A stretch of 64,000 nt of DNA from a virus (lineage: Duplodnaviria; Caudoviricetes), in IMG/VR virus record IMGVR_UViG_3300027793_000063, positions 32,001 to 96,000 of that record. One strand, 5' to 3'. Below the pieces are notes generated by a model that was given only the letters and a program-made list of their open reading frames with translations, searched no databases and had not been told where the DNA came from. Shown here one piece after another: positions 19,153 to 28,402 of the stretch; position 1 is the stretch's first letter, and each line of letters starts with the position of its first letter. Both the position numbers and the translations under genes were made by a program.

Positions 19153-19985
19153 TGGGTTGATGTGTGTTTGCTAAATTCCTCCAGGATCTGCAGCGCCGGA
19201 AGATGCCGGTATTTCTCGAAGCCTTTCGCCTCCAGCTGCTCTACGCCGGGTCGATGGTCCATGGAAGACTGCAAGTCAGCAGCATCGCCGCCGGCGGCAA
19301 TCACGGCAGAACGCAGCCCGGCGCCGAAGCCTGCGATCATCAGATCCCACTCGGCTATCTCGCCCACCAGCGCCTGCAGGTCACGATCATCCCAGTAGCC
19401 AGACTCGTCGCTGACGCGTGCCAGAATTCCAAGTTCCTTGGCCTTGTCCAGAATGGCGATGACGCACAGATGGCACTCGAGGAAGTGCTTCAGCCCGCCG
19501 CAGCGGGGGTCGTTGGCATACTGCGTCTTGCAGAATGAATTCCACCGCCAGGTCGCACCTTCCGCCTTCAGCTTCTTTCCGTTGAAAATCCTCGATCTGG
19601 GAAACCGCACCAGACCGAAGTTGGCAGCCTCGCAGCCTTCGCCCGGCCACGTGCTGAACCCATGGAACTCCTGCGCGTGGATGTCGACCGATCGCCTGTA
19701 GCCCGACGCCTTCTCGCGCGGCGTGGTCACATCCACCGAGTCGCGCAAGCCCTGAATTGCCCGCCAGCGAAAGGACTCTGCGTCCATGTCGTCAGGCAGT
19801 GCCGGATACGTCTCTGCCTTGTTGTAGTCCACGTCGGCGCCTCCGCTGAACACGCCGGAGACGGTTTCGAACGGAAGGTCCATCGCGAACGATCTCAGCG
19901 CCGTAATTGCTTCGAGCGCTTTCTTGCTCCCTGCTTTTGTTGCCGGCGCTTCGAGCGCCAGGTCGTAGTGTATGGTAAGTCCCAT
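19143..19985 (-). CDS. conserved hypothetical protein
   Basis: Start refined to MGLTIHY; FCKTQYA...H...ILD...VSDESGYW motifs. Confidence 0.7.
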   Translation of the reverse strand: MGLTIHYDLALEAPATKAGSKKALEAITALRSFAMDLPFETVSGVFSGGADVDYNKAETYPALPDDMDAESFRWRAIQGLRDSVDVTTPREKASGYRRSVDIHAQEFHGFSTWPGEGCEAANFGLVRFPRSRIFNGKKLKAEGATWRWNSFCKTQYANDPRCGGLKHFLECHLCVIAILDKAKELGILARVSDESGYWDDRDLQALVGEIAEWDLMIAGFGAGLRSAVIAAGGDAADLQSSMDHRPGVEQLEAKGFEKYRHLPALQILEEFSKHTSTQCA

Positions 19986-19986
19986 G

Positions 19987-21048
19987 TCAGTATAGTTGTT
20001 GGTGTTTGATATCCCACAGTTCTTGGTATCGCTGCCGCACAGTGCTCTCGTCGAGGTAAGGACTCTCCCACTCGTAGAACGCGCAGATCGACCGGCGCAT
20101 CTCTGCGAGCTTCCTACTCTCCTCCGCGGTCGGCACGCAGTGCGGCCAGCCCTTGGTGAACTGCAGATGCTTGGGCACCCAGCCCTGCGCTTTGTTCCGA
20201 TGTGCTGCCAGACTCTGCGCGGTGCCCAATCGTTCGAGCCCATTCGGGACCAGGTCCGGCGCCAGCGACGTGAGCCAGCGGCTGCCCTGGAACGCGAAGC
20301 CGCTCGCCAGTTCGAGGTCGCACATCCGGACGTAGATCGCCGCGGCGGCCGGGTCCTTCAGGCTGGCGCGCAGGTCCGCCTCGTTGGCGAGGATGCAGAA
20401 CCGACACGACACGCGGGATGACCCGAACAGCGAGTATGCCTCATGGGGTTTGATGCCTGACGCGGCAATCTCCGCCCACACGTCTTCCTCCGTCCAGTGA
20501 TGAATAGGGCGCCATGCTAGGCTGCCGGGCGGAAGCTTGGCAACAGGCGCGCAGACGGGCTGCTTGGAGCGTGCAGCGCTCTCCTCCCCGCGCACGCCGG
20601 TGACGTTGAGCACCGGAACCTTGCCGAAGCGTCGCTTGATCAGGGAGGTGATGGGAGCGACCTTCAGCTCTGACTGACAAAAGCGCATGGCCGGCGTGCT
20701 CCACGGCAGCACGACAGTCACAGTCTCCATCGCGCAGTAGCGACGCTTGGAAGACGCCCACCTAGACTCCCAGCGCTCCATCATGCCCCCGGCTGGGCGC
20801 GTGCAGGATGCCAGTTCCCACCCCGTGCGCTCAGCGATGCGCTGGCAGCTAGGCCAAGAGTCGAGCCACTCGGTGGATCCCAAATCTGCATGCAGAAGCA
20901 GCTTCGGGCCGGCGTAGTCGAGAAGAGCCTGAGACACTGCCCAGGCGACGGCCGTGGAATCCTTTCCGCCGGAAAGGCCGATCACCACAGGAGCCTGCGC
21001 GTTCAGCAGGCGTTGCACTTCGGGAGGTATCAGGATGTTTCTGCTCAT
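19987..21048 (-). CDS. PAPS reductase family (PP-loop, CysH/DndC-like) protein
   Basis: GLSGGKDS PP-loop, RFCQSELK, GVRGEES..R, RPIHHW, RVSCRFC. Confidence 0.88.
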   Translation of the reverse strand: MSRNILIPPEVQRLLNAQAPVVIGLSGGKDSTAVAWAVSQALLDYAGPKLLLHADLGSTEWLDSWPSCQRIAERTGWELASCTRPAGGMMERWESRWASSKRRYCAMETVTVVLPWSTPAMRFCQSELKVAPITSLIKRRFGKVPVLNVTGVRGEESAARSKQPVCAPVAKLPPGSLAWRPIHHWTEEDVWAEIAASGIKPHEAYSLFGSSRVSCRFCILANEADLRASLKDPAAAAIYVRMCDLELASGFAFQGSRWLTSLAPDLVPNGLERLGTAQSLAAHRNKAQGWVPKHLQFTKGWPHCVPTAEESRKLAEMRRSICAFYEWESPYLDESTVRQRYQELWDIKHQQLY

Positions 21049-21055
21049 GGCGTGG

Positions 21056-21343
21056 TCACCAGCATTCGATGAGCGGTTGAATGTCCTCGCGGTAGATACG
21101 GTCGCAGATGTCCTCGTATTTCAGCGATGTGTCCGGTCTGCCTCGTCGGCGACATAGCACAGCCGCGCGCTTGTCGCAGGCGTAGTTCATGAGGCCGTTG
21201 GCCGCCCGCTTGCACTGCGACCCTCGGAACCCCAGCCGGCGGGCCAGGGAGACGCCGCGCCACGGCTCATACTCCCGCAGAAACTCATCGAGTTCGGCCT
21301 CGTCGTCCAGGTTGATGTCCAGTGCGAAAGGTTTGTCGCTCAT
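21056..21343 (-). CDS. hypothetical protein
   Basis: Start refined to MSDKPFA. Confidence 0.55.
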   Translation of the reverse strand: MSDKPFALDINLDDEAELDEFLREYEPWRGVSLARRLGFRGSQCKRAANGLMNYACDKRAAVLCRRRGRPDTSLKYEDICDRIYREDIQPLIECW

Positions 21344-22047
21344 GACCTCACCGCCTTGCATGTCGCCATAGCCTCGTCGCGCAGCTTGTGCAGCTCGCGG
21401 ACGGTCGCCTGGTAGCGAGCCTCGGCGGCCTGGCTCGGCTTCCATTTCAGCAGCGTTTCCACCTGCTTCGCGACGCCCTCGCCGTATTTCTCCACGAGCC
21501 ATTCCCTGGGAGACTGATCCACCTCGGCAGTCCACTTGTCGAAGTTCACCCCGTGCTGGCGCATCAGGGACTTCAGCAGGCCCATCATGTCCAGACTCCA
21601 CGGGCCGCCCATCATGTAGGACAACGCTTCGCCGCAGCTGAGTGGATCGACGCCGAGCACGTGCTTCAGCCCGACCGTCAGCTCGTCCGGTGGATACCGA
21701 TCGTGCTGCGTGTAATACGTCAGCGCTACCTGCTGTAGCGAGTAGTCGCAGCACATCAGCCCGCACGCCGCCAGCGGCAGGCCGTATTCTTTCGCGTAGG
21801 CCATCCACTCAGCATACCAAGCGTCCCACGCTTTCAACTCGCAGAAGCGATTGTCCGGTTCTTTCGGCGGCTCCGGGACCTCCAGCTTCGTCCACGCCTG
21901 CTTCCCTGTGAGCTTGTAGCTGAACGAGCCGCGTCCGATCCAGAATATCCGCTTTTTCCCTTTTCCTTCGTCGTAGCTGCTCACGCTGATCGGCCAGCGC
22001 GAGTAGGGGATCGTGTAGCCGTTGAAGGCTCTGAGTGCGTTCATCAT
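21340..22047 (-). CDS. hypothetical protein
   Basis: 235-aa ORF fitting the gene tiling. Confidence 0.65.
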   Translation of the reverse strand: MMNALRAFNGYTIPYSRWPISVSSYDEGKGKKRIFWIGRGSFSYKLTGKQAWTKLEVPEPPKEPDNRFCELKAWDAWYAEWMAYAKEYGLPLAACGLMCCDYSLQQVALTYYTQHDRYPPDELTVGLKHVLGVDPLSCGEALSYMMGGPWSLDMMGLLKSLMRQHGVNFDKWTAEVDQSPREWLVEKYGEGVAKQVETLLKWKPSQAAEARYQATVRELHKLRDEAMATCKAVRS

Positions 22048-22250
22048 GGTCGTGTTATTACGGCGCTCAACTCACGCGTCCTCTTCACCACCGTGGCGAT
22101 ATCAACGCCGGCCGCGAACATTGGCGGATTGTCCTGCAGCGCGTGTACTATCGGATTGTTCGCACTACGGACGGTTCCTCCGCCGAAGCTGGGGAATTCG
22201 TGCGCGAGAATGGCGACGATGTCGTCTTCGTTTTCAGGTATAATTTTCAT
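22044..22250 (-). CDS. hypothetical protein
   Basis: 68 aa. Confidence 0.55.
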   Translation of the reverse strand: MKIIPENEDDIVAILAHEFPSFGGGTVRSANNPIVHALQDNPPMFAAGVDIATVVKRTRELSAVITRP

Positions 22251-22274
22251 GGTCGAATTTGATTTTCAGTTTAG

Positions 22275-23174
22275 CTACTCGGTCGGACCGTCCTCATCCA
22301 GCGCCAGGCGCAGCCCGGACAGATCAGTCTCTCCGGCCGCGATCCGCTTCACGCCGAGCAGGATTTGCTCCAGGAGCGGCTCACCGCCGGCCGCCTGCAG
22401 ACGCATGGCGGTAGCGGACATGTCGAGTTCCTTGATCATCTGCGGCAGCTCCTCGAGGTCATGCTCCGCTTTTGCGAGCTTCTGCTCGGCTGCGAGCATC
22501 TGCTTCATCGGCTCAACGAAAGTCATCCGCGCGTCCTGCAACTCGCTCGTGCACGTGACGGTCAGTGTGCGGGTGAACTCCAGCGAATCTTCGTTCTCAG
22601 CGTCGCCTTTGCTGATCACGATCTCAACTCCAATCTCGAGGTCGTAACTGAGATCCGGGTCGTCCAGCGGCTCGTCGTAGTCGAGTAGCGTGATGTTGAG
22701 TGCCAACTCGCGACCGCCGCTGCCGCCGAGATGGCAGCGGCCTCCGTCGATCTCAATGATCCCCATCTGGCGTCCCAGTGCTTCGTTCGCTTTCGGGCTG
22801 CACACGAAGAAATCGTGACGGAGGCCGAGCGTCACGGTGACCGAAGAATACTCGACTTCGTGTTCGTCGTCCGTCTCCTTTTCATCAGTGGTCGGAAACA
22901 GGCGGTTCATGACTTGGAACGAGTGACGCAAGTCGCTGATCAGCGCGCCTGCGACGGGCTTGACACATTCGACCACTGCCTTGTTGTAGGCGTCGCGCAA
23001 CGGTAGGGTGGAGTCCCACGCTGCTGCGACCTCCAGTTTGGATTCCTTGATGCGAGCTTTGAAGGTTTTCTCCAGCTCGTGTTTTCCGAGCTTGAGCGCG
23101 TCGCCGGTCAGTGCGCGCTGATCTTCGAGGCTCTGCCTTATGATGGGTTCGGTGATGGTTGGTTTGATTTTCAT
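22275..23174 (-). CDS. hypothetical coiled-coil protein
   Basis: Start refined to MKIKPTI. Confidence 0.65.
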   Translation of the reverse strand: MKIKPTITEPIIRQSLEDQRALTGDALKLGKHELEKTFKARIKESKLEVAAAWDSTLPLRDAYNKAVVECVKPVAGALISDLRHSFQVMNRLFPTTDEKETDDEHEVEYSSVTVTLGLRHDFFVCSPKANEALGRQMGIIEIDGGRCHLGGSGGRELALNITLLDYDEPLDDPDLSYDLEIGVEIVISKGDAENEDSLEFTRTLTVTCTSELQDARMTFVEPMKQMLAAEQKLAKAEHDLEELPQMIKELDMSATAMRLQAAGGEPLLEQILLGVKRIAAGETDLSGLRLALDEDGPTE

Positions 23175-23187
23175 GATGGCGTTGGTG

Positions 23188-23673
23188 TTAAACCGGCTTG
23201 CCGGACTGTAATAGAGTGATGCCCCGCAGATGATCGTGCTCGTGCTGAAACACACGGGCCGGCAGACCTGTCAGCTTCTTGTCCGTGATCTTGTGCCCCT
23301 GCTCGTTGGTCCAGGACGCCAGGATGACGTATTCGCGTTCGACGTTGAACTGCCGTCCGGGTAGGGACAAGCAGCCTTCGACGTCGGTGACCTTGACCGA
23401 CTTGGGCCCGGGGCGCCAACTCGGGTTGACGCACAGATGCGCGACGCTCGAATTGACGTTACCAGCGGACGTGACCCTGGCACTCGCCGCGAGGAAGAAG
23501 AAATTCTCCCGCAGGCCGACCTGGTTCGCGGCGATGCCGCATGCGGACTTCTCACGGGCGAGCCGCATCAGGTCCGGGCGGTAAGCGCGTATTGCCGCTG
23601 GGTCCGACTGGATGCCTGTGAGATCCTCGTTGAGAATGTTATCGCGCGTGTTGATCAGTTTTATGGTTAGCAT
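23188..23673 (-). CDS. def: peptide deformylase
   Basis: All three PDF motifs: CGIAANQVG, EGCLS, QHEHDHLRG. Confidence 0.93.
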   Translation of the reverse strand: MLTIKLINTRDNILNEDLTGIQSDPAAIRAYRPDLMRLAREKSACGIAANQVGLRENFFFLAASARVTSAGNVNSSVAHLCVNPSWRPGPKSVKVTDVEGCLSLPGRQFNVEREYVILASWTNEQGHKITDKKLTGLPARVFQHEHDHLRGITLLQSGKPV

Positions 23674-23684
23674 GGGTACAGCAA

Positions 23685-23714
23685 AAGGCGTCCACGTGTA
23701 CACGTGGACGCCTT
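23685..23714 (-). terminator. perfect 30-bp palindrome, probable intrinsic terminator
   Basis: aaggcgtccacgtgtacacgtggacgcctt, with a short T run on the minus strand; intergenic. Confidence 0.6.
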
Positions 23715-23740
23715 CTGAAAGAGGGTGAGTTGTGGTCCGA

Positions 23741-23962
23741 CTAGACGGCCTGAGCGATGCTCGCTTCGGCTTCCTCGATCATCAGACCGGTGCCGAGCAT
23801 GCGAGCGAGGGTCGCAACCTTCGTCAGCTGCTCGTCTTCGCGCGGCCAGCCGGCGGCGAGGAGCTCTTGCTGCTGCGGCGAGGCCGAGGCAGATTTTTCC
23901 ATGGTGGAGAATCCGGAACGAACAACAGCCCCGGTGATTTGGAGAAGCGCGAGATTAGTCAT
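23741..23962 (-). CDS. hypothetical protein
   Basis: 73 aa with its own upstream promoter and downstream hairpin. Confidence 0.6.
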   Translation of the reverse strand: MTNLALLQITGAVVRSGFSTMEKSASASPQQQELLAAGWPREDEQLTKVATLARMLGTGLMIEEAEASIAQAV

Positions 23963-23968
23963 GGCGGA

Positions 23969-23997
23969 ATCCTACGCCAGCCGGTCTCGCAGCTCAA
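23969..23997 (-). promoter_or_regulatory. sigma70-like promoter, near-leaderless
   Basis: TTGAGC-17nt-TAGGAT, then 6 nt to ATG 23962. Confidence 0.5.
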
Positions 23998-24040
23998 GCT
24001 ATTTCTTCGTGCCGGTCGGCGCAGGATTCCGCCGTCGGCG

Positions 24041-24220
24041 CTACGGCTTCGTCCAGTATGGCATGGTCGTGCCGACGCCCTGCTTTTGGACGAGACCTGC
24101 CTTGATCGCCTCGCGTTCGAGTTCGATGCTGTAAACCTCGTGGCACCCGCCGAGCGCGGCCGCCATCACGATTGCGATTGCAACGATTATCGTGAGGCAA
24201 GTTTTTGTGTCTTCGTTCAT
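24041..24220 (-). CDS. small membrane or lipoprotein-like protein
   Basis: Manual translation MNEDTKTCLTIIVAIAIVMAAALGGCHEV...KP*; hydrophobic segment ending in LGGC. Confidence 0.5.
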   Translation of the reverse strand: MNEDTKTCLTIIVAIAIVMAAALGGCHEVYSIELEREAIKAGLVQKQGVGTTMPYWTKP

Positions 24221-24274
24221 CTTTTCTTTTTTGGTTGCGCCCGATGTTCGAGCGTGTGTTTGAGTTCCGCCGAT

Positions 24275-26188
24275 CTATTTCTGCATGACGTCCGCCAGCG
24301 GCACACGCCCAGCGAGGACGTCCTCGAGCTGCTGCTTCGTCAGTCCCAGCATCGTGCGTGCGGCGTCCTCCATCGCTGGATTGAGGATGGGCCGCGGCAG
24401 ACGAATGCGGCCCCACCGCTCCCCATTCAGCAGCCGGTTGTCGAAAAGGCCACCGGGGATCGGTGTCAGGTCGCGAAGATTCACCATCTCGCCGTTTTCG
24501 ACGTCGATCGGATCGCGCTCGTCCAGGTCGCCGTCCGTGAATGGCGCGAGGCGATACTTGCCCTTGCCGGAGTTGCGCGTGTTGATGCCGGCGCCCGCCA
24601 GCAGCGCGCGGAACTTGTGCCAGACAAACGGCTCGCCGATCTTTGGCAGCGTCTTGTCCGTGCGCAGTGCCATCCAGAAGTCGTGATTCTTCTGCCCGCG
24701 GATTGTGGCATTCTCCCGCATCAGCGAGTAGGCCCCGCTGGACAGTGTTGCAAAATTCTCGAGACCCGAGAAGCGCTTGGCCTGCGCGAATTCGCCGCCG
24801 CCGCGCGTCGGCTGCTGATTTTGGTCATAACTGCCTGTGCCACGGGCACTTACCTTCCCTTCACTTGTATGGTGCAGCTTGTGCACGAAGCCGTAACCCA
24901 CCGTCACCGGCGCGTCCAGCATCCGGCCTTCCTCCGGATCGTAGACCATCTCCTGTGACTGCACGCCGTTCTCGCGTTCCAGCTGGTCAATGTAGTCGTT
25001 CCAGTTCTGCCCTTTCGGCAGGTAGCTGGGCAGCTTCAGCGCGCGCCCCAGCTTCTTGGCAACCTTGCCGAGCCGCAGTTCGTGCTGTGACGCCGGGTTC
25101 GCCCGGGAGACTAGGGACAGCGGATTGAGCAGCGCATCCAGCGGCTGTCCGTCCTCCGTCCGCGGCATCTGGTCGTCGGGAATGATCTTCGAGACGGTCG
25201 CCTTGGCGCCCTGCCGCAGCACGATCTTGTCTCCGACTTCCGTCGGCTTTAGAAATTTCAGGACTACCTTGTAGCCGTTCTTGGTCGCGCGCGCGGCGAT
25301 GACCTGGGCCGGCTGCTGTCCGTGCCACACCTGAGCGGCGTCGCGGCGCTGCTGCCTCAGCGCCTTGCTGAGGCGCCCGATGTTTGCGCCGTCTGACGAC
25401 AGCGTGCGAGGCATCGTCGCGAGCATGACGGGGTCACCAGGCTCCAGCACGGTGCCAGGTCGCACCAGCCCGTGTTCGTCAAAATTTTCCAGCTTCTCCT
25501 TGGTGAAGCGGTTCGGGAAGAGGGCGCGGTAGTGGCTGAGACCTGTCTTCAGATTGTCCGAGCGGTCCTGGTGCATCACCTTGTATTGGACGGCGGACAG
25601 GCGCTTGGCGAACGACTCGCTGACAGGCATGGCGTCGTCCATTCCGAAGCCCTTGAATGGCACCAGAGCGATGCGGGCGTTCAGCCCCATGTTTTGCACG
25701 CCGTTGTCGTCCGTGTAGGACGATGCTGCCATCATCTGCCCGGGTTTGAAGGTGTCACCTTTCTTGAGCAGTGCACGAGAGGAAATTCCCGATTTCTGAT
25801 TGAAATACTGCTCGTTGTATAGGTCGACGTCCGCCGTCTCGCCGTCATCGTAGGAGACGCGGATGTAATCCGGCGTGACGCTGATGACGCGCCCGGCGCG
25901 CTTGGCGCGGACGGCGCCCATGTTCTCGCCGACGATTTCGTCAAAGCTGCGCCCTTCGGGGTCGGACGTGTCCAAGTTCTGGATCAGCGGAGCTTCGCCC
26001 TTGTCGATCGCCAGCGCCTGGTTCGCGAACCGCGCGCCGTAGAACAGCCGCGGCGCTTGCACTGCGCCGGCCAGCGGAATCATGTTGGTGTGCGACCCAA
26101 ACTGCTGCGAGGGCGAGGACAGCTCGTAATCGACATCCGGATCGTCATCCGGCACCTCTTCGAGGCGGTTGTTGCGTACGACGTGCAT
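24275..26188 (-). CDS. rpoB: RNA polymerase beta subunit C-terminal part fused to beta-prime N-terminal segment
   Basis: SPSQQFG...IP...RLFYGARFANQA (cf. NRALMGANMQRQA), GFGMDDA (cf. GYNFEDS), VGDKIVLRQGAK (cf. GDKMAGRHGNK), DQMP...LNPLSLVSR, KLHH...KVSARGTG.Y...QQP...KRF. The tail GEMVNLRDLTPIPGGLFD...ERWGRIRL matches the RpoC N-terminus. Confidence 0.92.
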   Translation of the reverse strand: MHVVRNNRLEEVPDDDPDVDYELSSPSQQFGSHTNMIPLAGAVQAPRLFYGARFANQALAIDKGEAPLIQNLDTSDPEGRSFDEIVGENMGAVRAKRAGRVISVTPDYIRVSYDDGETADVDLYNEQYFNQKSGISSRALLKKGDTFKPGQMMAASSYTDDNGVQNMGLNARIALVPFKGFGMDDAMPVSESFAKRLSAVQYKVMHQDRSDNLKTGLSHYRALFPNRFTKEKLENFDEHGLVRPGTVLEPGDPVMLATMPRTLSSDGANIGRLSKALRQQRRDAAQVWHGQQPAQVIAARATKNGYKVVLKFLKPTEVGDKIVLRQGAKATVSKIIPDDQMPRTEDGQPLDALLNPLSLVSRANPASQHELRLGKVAKKLGRALKLPSYLPKGQNWNDYIDQLERENGVQSQEMVYDPEEGRMLDAPVTVGYGFVHKLHHTSEGKVSARGTGSYDQNQQPTRGGGEFAQAKRFSGLENFATLSSGAYSLMRENATIRGQKNHDFWMALRTDKTLPKIGEPFVWHKFRALLAGAGINTRNSGKGKYRLAPFTDGDLDERDPIDVENGEMVNLRDLTPIPGGLFDNRLLNGERWGRIRLPRPILNPAMEDAARTMLGLTKQQLEDVLAGRVPLADVMQK

Positions 26189-26191
26189 GCG

Positions 26192-28294
26192 CTAGGACTG
26201 AGCCGCGGCGAGTCGCGGATCGGTTGTGATCTGGTTGCCGTAGATCTGACTGATGATCCCCATCCGATCGGGTGAGTTTACCATGTCGGACTCGCGCATG
26301 TAGCGCGGTGGCTGAGGCGTAGTGAGACGCTTCTTCAGCATCCAATCGAACATCGTGTCTCCAAGCGCTCCGTAGGATGCGCGATAGAGTCCAAGCCGCG
26401 GAAACAGCGCGTTGGCGCCGGCGTGATTGTTGAGCATCTGCCCTGATTCGGGCGCGAGATGCCGGAAAGGCTTCGGCGCGGTCCGTCCGGTCTCCGGGTC
26501 GATCGAGCCGGGCACACCGGCGGTGCCAGTGATGTAACTATCGTTGCCGTTGACCTGCAGACGCCCAGGCGCGGGCGGTCCTGTCATTGGCGGCGGCGGA
26601 CTTGCGACTTCGGGCGGCTCAGGCGGCATGCCGGTGGTGTAGCTCTGCCCGTTGACCTGCAGGCGCCCAGGCGCGGCCGTCTTGATTTGACCGACACGCT
26701 TCTGCAGCCGATCGATGCGGTTGCCGATCAGCCGTCCGGCGATCGTGTTCTCGCTGGCGCTCGCGGACGCCGCGCCGTCCGCCTGGGCCTTGCCCATCGC
26801 GGCCGTCATTTTCGCCTGCTCCTTCTGCACTGCGGACGTGGCCTTTGCCTGCTCCTTCTGCAGTGCAGCCGTGGCCTTTGCCGTCTCGAGCTGCAGTTTC
26901 AGCACTTCTTTTTCCTGCTGCTGCTTGCCCAGCTCCTGCTGAAAGCGCTGCTCCTGCTCCATCTGCGCCTGCATGGCTGCCTGCTCCGTCTGGCCCTGCT
27001 GCTGTGCAGCGGCCTGCTCGGCCTGCATGGCTTTTTGTTCGGCCTGCATCACCGCAGGGTTTGCGGCAGGCGGTGGCGTGATGGAGTTGGCAGTCGCCTG
27101 CTGCTGATTCTGCATCCGCAGCGCCGGGTTCTGTCCGAGCTGCGGCGGCACTGGGACGGCGCCAGCCGGCGCAGGCGCTGGTCCTAGCGCATACTTGGTG
27201 AGTTCGGCGACGAGACCCACCAGCGACGCAGCGGACTTCTCCACAGGCTGCGGCTGCTTCTCGTTGCGATGCTTCGTGCGCGCGCGAGTTTCCGTACGCA
27301 GGCGGCGGCGTGTATCGCGCCCCAGGTTCTGGATGAGCCGGTTCGAAAGTTGCAGGTCACCGATGGGCAGCTTGATCTGCGTCTCGATGTCGCCGGGATG
27401 AGCGGTCGGCAGCGTGACGCTGGCGGTTCCTGCTGCCTCCAGTGCAAGGCGCTTCTGCTCCAGGTCGCTTTTCTGTTTCGCCTTGTAGAGCAGAATGCCC
27501 AACGCGCCCAGGCCGAGCCCGCCGGCCCCCAACCAGACTTCCTTCGGGATGGATTTGATCGGGTTCTCGGCTGGCGGTTTCGCGCGGTCGTGTGCAAAGG
27601 ATTTCGCCGCCTCGGTCGCCGCGTTGTCGACGTTGTAGAGAGTGCCGACTCCTTTCATCGCGAGATCTTTGGTCGGCGCGAGCGCGATAGCACCGAGCCC
27701 GGTGAGGACGTTCTTGCTAGCGATCTGATGTCCGCCGACGGCCCCGAGCAGGGCGTTCAGCCCGCCCATCAGCGTGCGCTCCTTGTCCCACTTCCACGGT
27801 TGGAAGGTGCTGCCGATCGGACGCTTCGTGTCGGCCGCCTGGTCGAAGAACGCGGTCGTGCCGAGTGCTCCGAGAACGCTGCCCAGCGCCTGGATTTTGG
27901 CGTTCGCACACTTCTCGACGACCTCGATGTTCAGACTGCGCGCCAGGGCCCTGGACGGCGAGTTGTGCCGCATGATCATGGCCTTCACGTCATCGCAATG
28001 ATCGCGGACTTCCCGGATGACCTGTGCGACGGCCGACTTCGCGAAGCCGCGCTCGCGGTATGCCGGCAGAATGCCGACCGCGTAGTATCCGACTTTTTTT
28101 TCGCCCTCGTCGAACTTCTGCCAGCCGACAAAACCCACCGGGTCCGCGGTGGCAGATTCTTTCACGAGATACAGCCCGCCGTTGAACTGATTGGTCTTCA
28201 GTCCGTGCGGCCAGTAGGACGGATCCTCGTGCAGGATTCGACTCATGATGCCTTCGACGATGGGCAGCTCGGAGGCCGCGGCAACTTTGATCAT
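26192..28294 (-). CDS. multidomain probable virion protein: N-terminal GNAT acetyltransferase, glycine-zipper segments, Q/A-rich coiled coil
   Basis: GNAT: VGYYAVGILPAYRERGFAK...HNSPSRALARSL; GxxxG-rich hydrophobic helices; start refined to MIKVAA at 28294. Confidence 0.7.
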   Translation of the reverse strand: MIKVAAASELPIVEGIMSRILHEDPSYWPHGLKTNQFNGGLYLVKESATADPVGFVGWQKFDEGEKKVGYYAVGILPAYRERGFAKSAVAQVIREVRDHCDDVKAMIMRHNSPSRALARSLNIEVVEKCANAKIQALGSVLGALGTTAFFDQAADTKRPIGSTFQPWKWDKERTLMGGLNALLGAVGGHQIASKNVLTGLGAIALAPTKDLAMKGVGTLYNVDNAATEAAKSFAHDRAKPPAENPIKSIPKEVWLGAGGLGLGALGILLYKAKQKSDLEQKRLALEAAGTASVTLPTAHPGDIETQIKLPIGDLQLSNRLIQNLGRDTRRRLRTETRARTKHRNEKQPQPVEKSAASLVGLVAELTKYALGPAPAPAGAVPVPPQLGQNPALRMQNQQQATANSITPPPAANPAVMQAEQKAMQAEQAAAQQQGQTEQAAMQAQMEQEQRFQQELGKQQQEKEVLKLQLETAKATAALQKEQAKATSAVQKEQAKMTAAMGKAQADGAASASASENTIAGRLIGNRIDRLQKRVGQIKTAAPGRLQVNGQSYTTGMPPEPPEVASPPPPMTGPPAPGRLQVNGNDSYITGTAGVPGSIDPETGRTAPKPFRHLAPESGQMLNNHAGANALFPRLGLYRASYGALGDTMFDWMLKKRLTTPQPPRYMRESDMVNSPDRMGIISQIYGNQITTDPRLAAAQS
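26545..26677 (-). repeat. intragenic duplicated motif (APGRLQVNG x2)
   Basis: ccgttgacctgcag(a/g)cgcccaggcgcgg occurs twice about 100 bp apart. Confidence 0.7.
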
Positions 28295-28299
28295 GCGGA

Positions 28300-28328
28300 A
28301 TGCTACCGCACTTTCCGTCGCAGGTAAA
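28300..28328 (-). promoter_or_regulatory. sigma70-like promoter, near-leaderless
   Basis: TTTACC-17nt-TAGCAT, then 5 nt to ATG 28294. Confidence 0.45.
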
Positions 28329-28334
28329 GAGGAA

Positions 28335-28370
28335 GCAGCCGCCGCCACCGGTGAGGGTGGCGGCGGCTGC
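28335..28370 (-). terminator. intrinsic terminator-like hairpin
   Basis: 15-bp perfect stem gcagccgccgccacc / ggtggcggcggctgc followed by TTCCTCTTT on the minus strand. Confidence 0.7.
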
Positions 28371-28402
28371 GACGATTTTTCCTTGTAGTGGTTGCGCGCG
28401 GC

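Noticed and set aside
19987-21048. Complete Dnd/Ssp phosphorothioation operon
   Set aside because: No DndA/B/D/E or SspB/C-like neighbours are recognisable.
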